Shown piece after piece: positions 12,862 to 14,403 of a stretch of 14,403 bases of DNA. Made by a program: the position numbers and the translations under genes. Origin of the DNA: a virus. The notes beneath the pieces were generated by a model that worked only from the letters and a program-made list of their open reading frames with translations, made no database searches and had not been told where the DNA came from. Each line of letters opens with the position of its first letter. The first letter of the stretch is position 1. The stretch lies in IMG/VR virus record IMGVR_UViG_3300035703_000645; one strand, written 5' to 3'.

Positions 12862-14403
12862 TTACGCCTTGTTATTCTTGAATGCGCCAGCTGCGATCTT
12901 GGTCGCTAGTGCGCCGTAACCGTAGTAACCGACAGTAATCTGGCCAGAAGCGATTACGTCCGCACGAAGACGGAAAGTAGGTCCCTCGTACCAAGTGTAA
13001 GCGTCTGGGTTAACGACTAGAAGAGTTCCGTCGCCATCGCCCGCGTTAGTTGGATCTACGAATAGATCAAGTGCCGCGACTCTTCCGACTAGTGAATCTG
13101 GACGAACTACGCCGCCAGCGTTCATAGGCTGCGAAGCGTTATAGATTGGACGTCCTGAATCGTTTAGAGTCATGATGTTAGCCCACTGGCCAGTCGATGC
13201 GATAAGAGACTTAGCAAATGGACGTGGAAGACCAGCTGTAGCAGCGTAAACAGAAGCAGCTCCACGAGACACAATTCCAAGAAGCTCTGCAGCTGTTGGA
13301 TAAGTCGATGTAGTAGTTCCGTCTGCTGTTGCGCCTGAGATTAGAAGACCGTTTACGTAAGCATTCTCGGCCTTAGCCTTAGCTGCTGCCATGTTACGGA
13401 TTAGCTCCTCGAAGAATGCTGGAGAAGTACGATCCAATAGTTCCACGCTGAAAGTCTGCTGTCCCGCGAACTTCTTAACGTCTACAGTGATGAAAGCTGA
13501 GTTCTGATCGGTCTCGCTTGGAGTTCCTTCTTCGGCTGTTACTGCCACTGTAGGAGCTTGCGTGATCTTAGGGATCTCGAAAGTCATGCCCGCATCTGGA
13601 AGAGTTCCGCGAGAGATCGCGTCGATAGATGGACGGATCGATGTTGAAAGTCCGTTTACTACTTCTGCCATCTGACGAGTAGGCACGAGACCCGCGTTAT
13701 CTGTTGTGTTATCCGCAGCTAGAACGTACTGGCGAGCTTGATCGTCGCCCATCGCTGCGCGGATTGTGTTTTCCACGTACTTAGCAGCTGTGAACTCCAA
13801 GCGTGGCTTAGTGAATGATCCGCCTACGATTGGCTTCGCTGCGGCTGTTGTTGACTGAGCAGCTTCGACCGTCTCGACGGTTTCCGCGTTTGTGACGGTG
13901 TTGTCCACTTCGTCTCCTTCTGTTGTTGTTGGTATTACTTCCTCTTCCACTGTGGAATCGGAAATCTCTTCGGCGATTTCTTCGCCAGTTGTCGCCGCGA
14001 CTTCTGCGACTCTTGCTGATCGTACCGCTGGCTCTGTGACCAAGGCGACGCCCGTTAACTCTCCCGCTAAGACGCGCATAGTGCCGTCCTTTAGCATGAT
14101 GTAATCGTCGACCGCTAGTTCTATCGAGAAGCCGTCGCGTAATCCGCTCATAGCTTCTTCGAGAGCATCTGAACCCGATGTCGTATTAGCGATCTTAAAT
14201 ACAGCATCGATTGAATCTTCGTTTAGTGTCATGTCTAAAGTTTTACCGATTGGACGAGTGCGATCATGTTCCAAGTTAAGTTTTACTGGAGCTGGCTGGA
14301 TTGAACCTTTAGCGAATACGACTTTTCCAGTCGATGCGTTCGCTTCTTCATCGAATGCGACGATGCGCCCGCTAATAGTGCGCGAGTTAGAATCTGCCGC
14401 TGT
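12862..14403 (-). CDS. Prohead protease / HK97-fold major capsid fusion protein (3' portion; the ORF runs through the terminal repeat and starts at 154 or 136 after circularisation; ~516-522 aa in total)
   Basis: The N-terminal ~140 aa contain LEHDRTRPIGK...GLRDGFSIEL...ALVTEPA (S78/U35 prohead-protease motifs). An acidic Thr/Glu/Val-rich linker follows (EEIAEEISDSTVEEEVIPTTTEGDEVDN). The remainder is an HK97-type capsid domain (GLVPTRQ...FEIPKIT...VDVKKFAGQQTFSVELLDRTSPAFFEELI). No separate protease, scaffold or capsid gene exists elsewhere in the genome. Confidence 0.88.
   Translation of the reverse strand, partial: TAADSNSRTISGRIVAFDEEANASTGKVVFAKGSIQPAPVKLNLEHDRTRPIGKTLDMTLNEDSIDAVFKIANTTSGSDALEEAMSGLRDGFSIELAVDDYIMLKDGTMRVLAGELTGVALVTEPAVRSARVAEVAATTGEEIAEEISDSTVEEEVIPTTTEGDEVDNTVTNAETVETVEAAQSTTAAAKPIVGGSFTKPRLEFTAAKYVENTIRAAMGDDQARQYVLAADNTTDNAGLVPTRQMAEVVNGLSTSIRPSIDAISRGTLPDAGMTFEIPKITQAPTVAVTAEEGTPSETDQNSAFITVDVKKFAGQQTFSVELLDRTSPAFFEELIRNMAAAKAKAENAYVNGLLISGATADGTTTSTYPTAAELLGIVSRGAASVYAATAGLPRPFAKSLIASTGQWANIMTLNDSGRPIYNASQPMNAGGVVRPDSLVGRVAALDLFVDPTNAGDGDGTLLVVNPDAYTWYEGPTFRLRADVIASGQITVGYYGYGALATKIAAGAFKNNKA
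14277..14403. repeat. Terminal direct repeat, copy 2 (identical to 1..127)
   Basis: Same 127-bp string as 1..127. Unit genome length is 14,276 bp. Confidence 0.95.

Noticed and set aside
87-14104. All plus-strand ORFs in the track (87..299, 2495..2713, 3437..3628, 3782..4033, 5491..5757, 5806..6018, 6413..6715, 6619..6861, 6968..7177, 7391..7618, 7482..7703, 8171..8440, 8937..9125, 10507..10818, 11249..11485, 13892..14104)
   Set aside because: Each lies antisense within a well-supported minus-strand gene. None has a recognisable ribosome-binding site, and all have low-complexity or Cys/Arg/Ser-rich compositions typical of antisense frames. No motifs were recognised.
1-14403. An apparent abundance of GATC, TCGA and CGATCG motifs, as a possible sign of methylation or restriction-related selection
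   Set aside because: I cannot quantify observed against expected counts without computation. The impression may simply reflect codon usage (frequent GAT, CGA and TCG codons).
1-14403. tRNA genes, CRISPR arrays, an integrase with attP, and transposase or IS elements
   Set aside because: I saw no cloverleaf-like segments in the short spacers, no repeat-spacer periodicity, and no ORF with tyrosine/serine recombinase or DDE motifs. Coding density leaves no room for them.

Overview
The window appears to be one complete, very small tailed-phage genome. Bases 1..127 are identical to 14277..14403, so the unit length is 14,276 bp and the map closes into a circle. All credible genes are on the minus strand. 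They are packed almost without gaps, and most junctions are overlapping stop/start codons (ATGA, TAATG, GTGA). Gene order along the minus strand: portal (1260->151); a prohead-protease/HK97-fold major-capsid fusion that crosses the window ends (154->1, continued 14276->12862); head-tail connector; two small neck or tail proteins; tail tube; a tail assembly chaperone with a candidate -1 frameshift; a gp10-like protein; a 523-aa tape measure; a Dit-like tail protein; a receptor-binding fibre; a lysis cassette (CHAP endolysin, holin, lipoprotein, two small membrane proteins); a small DNA-metabolism block (Rad52/Sak-like protein, PD-(D/E)xK nuclease, three Cys4 mini-proteins); a secreted SLT-like transglycosylase; an HNH endonuclease; and the large terminase. 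I could not recognise a polymerase, primase, helicase, integrase, repressor, small terminase, tRNA or CRISPR array. The points most worth follow-up are: a DnaA-box cluster next to an 11-bp phased tandem repeat (3613..3691) in a genome with no replication genes; a CCCAAAA -1 slippery site whose shifted frame fills the only large apparent gap; a 53-aa zinc-ribbon ORF missing from the ORF track; a lipoprotein overlapping a membrane protein inside the lysis cassette; and a possible SD-sequestering RNA switch. All functional calls rest on motif recognition by eye. No database search was run.
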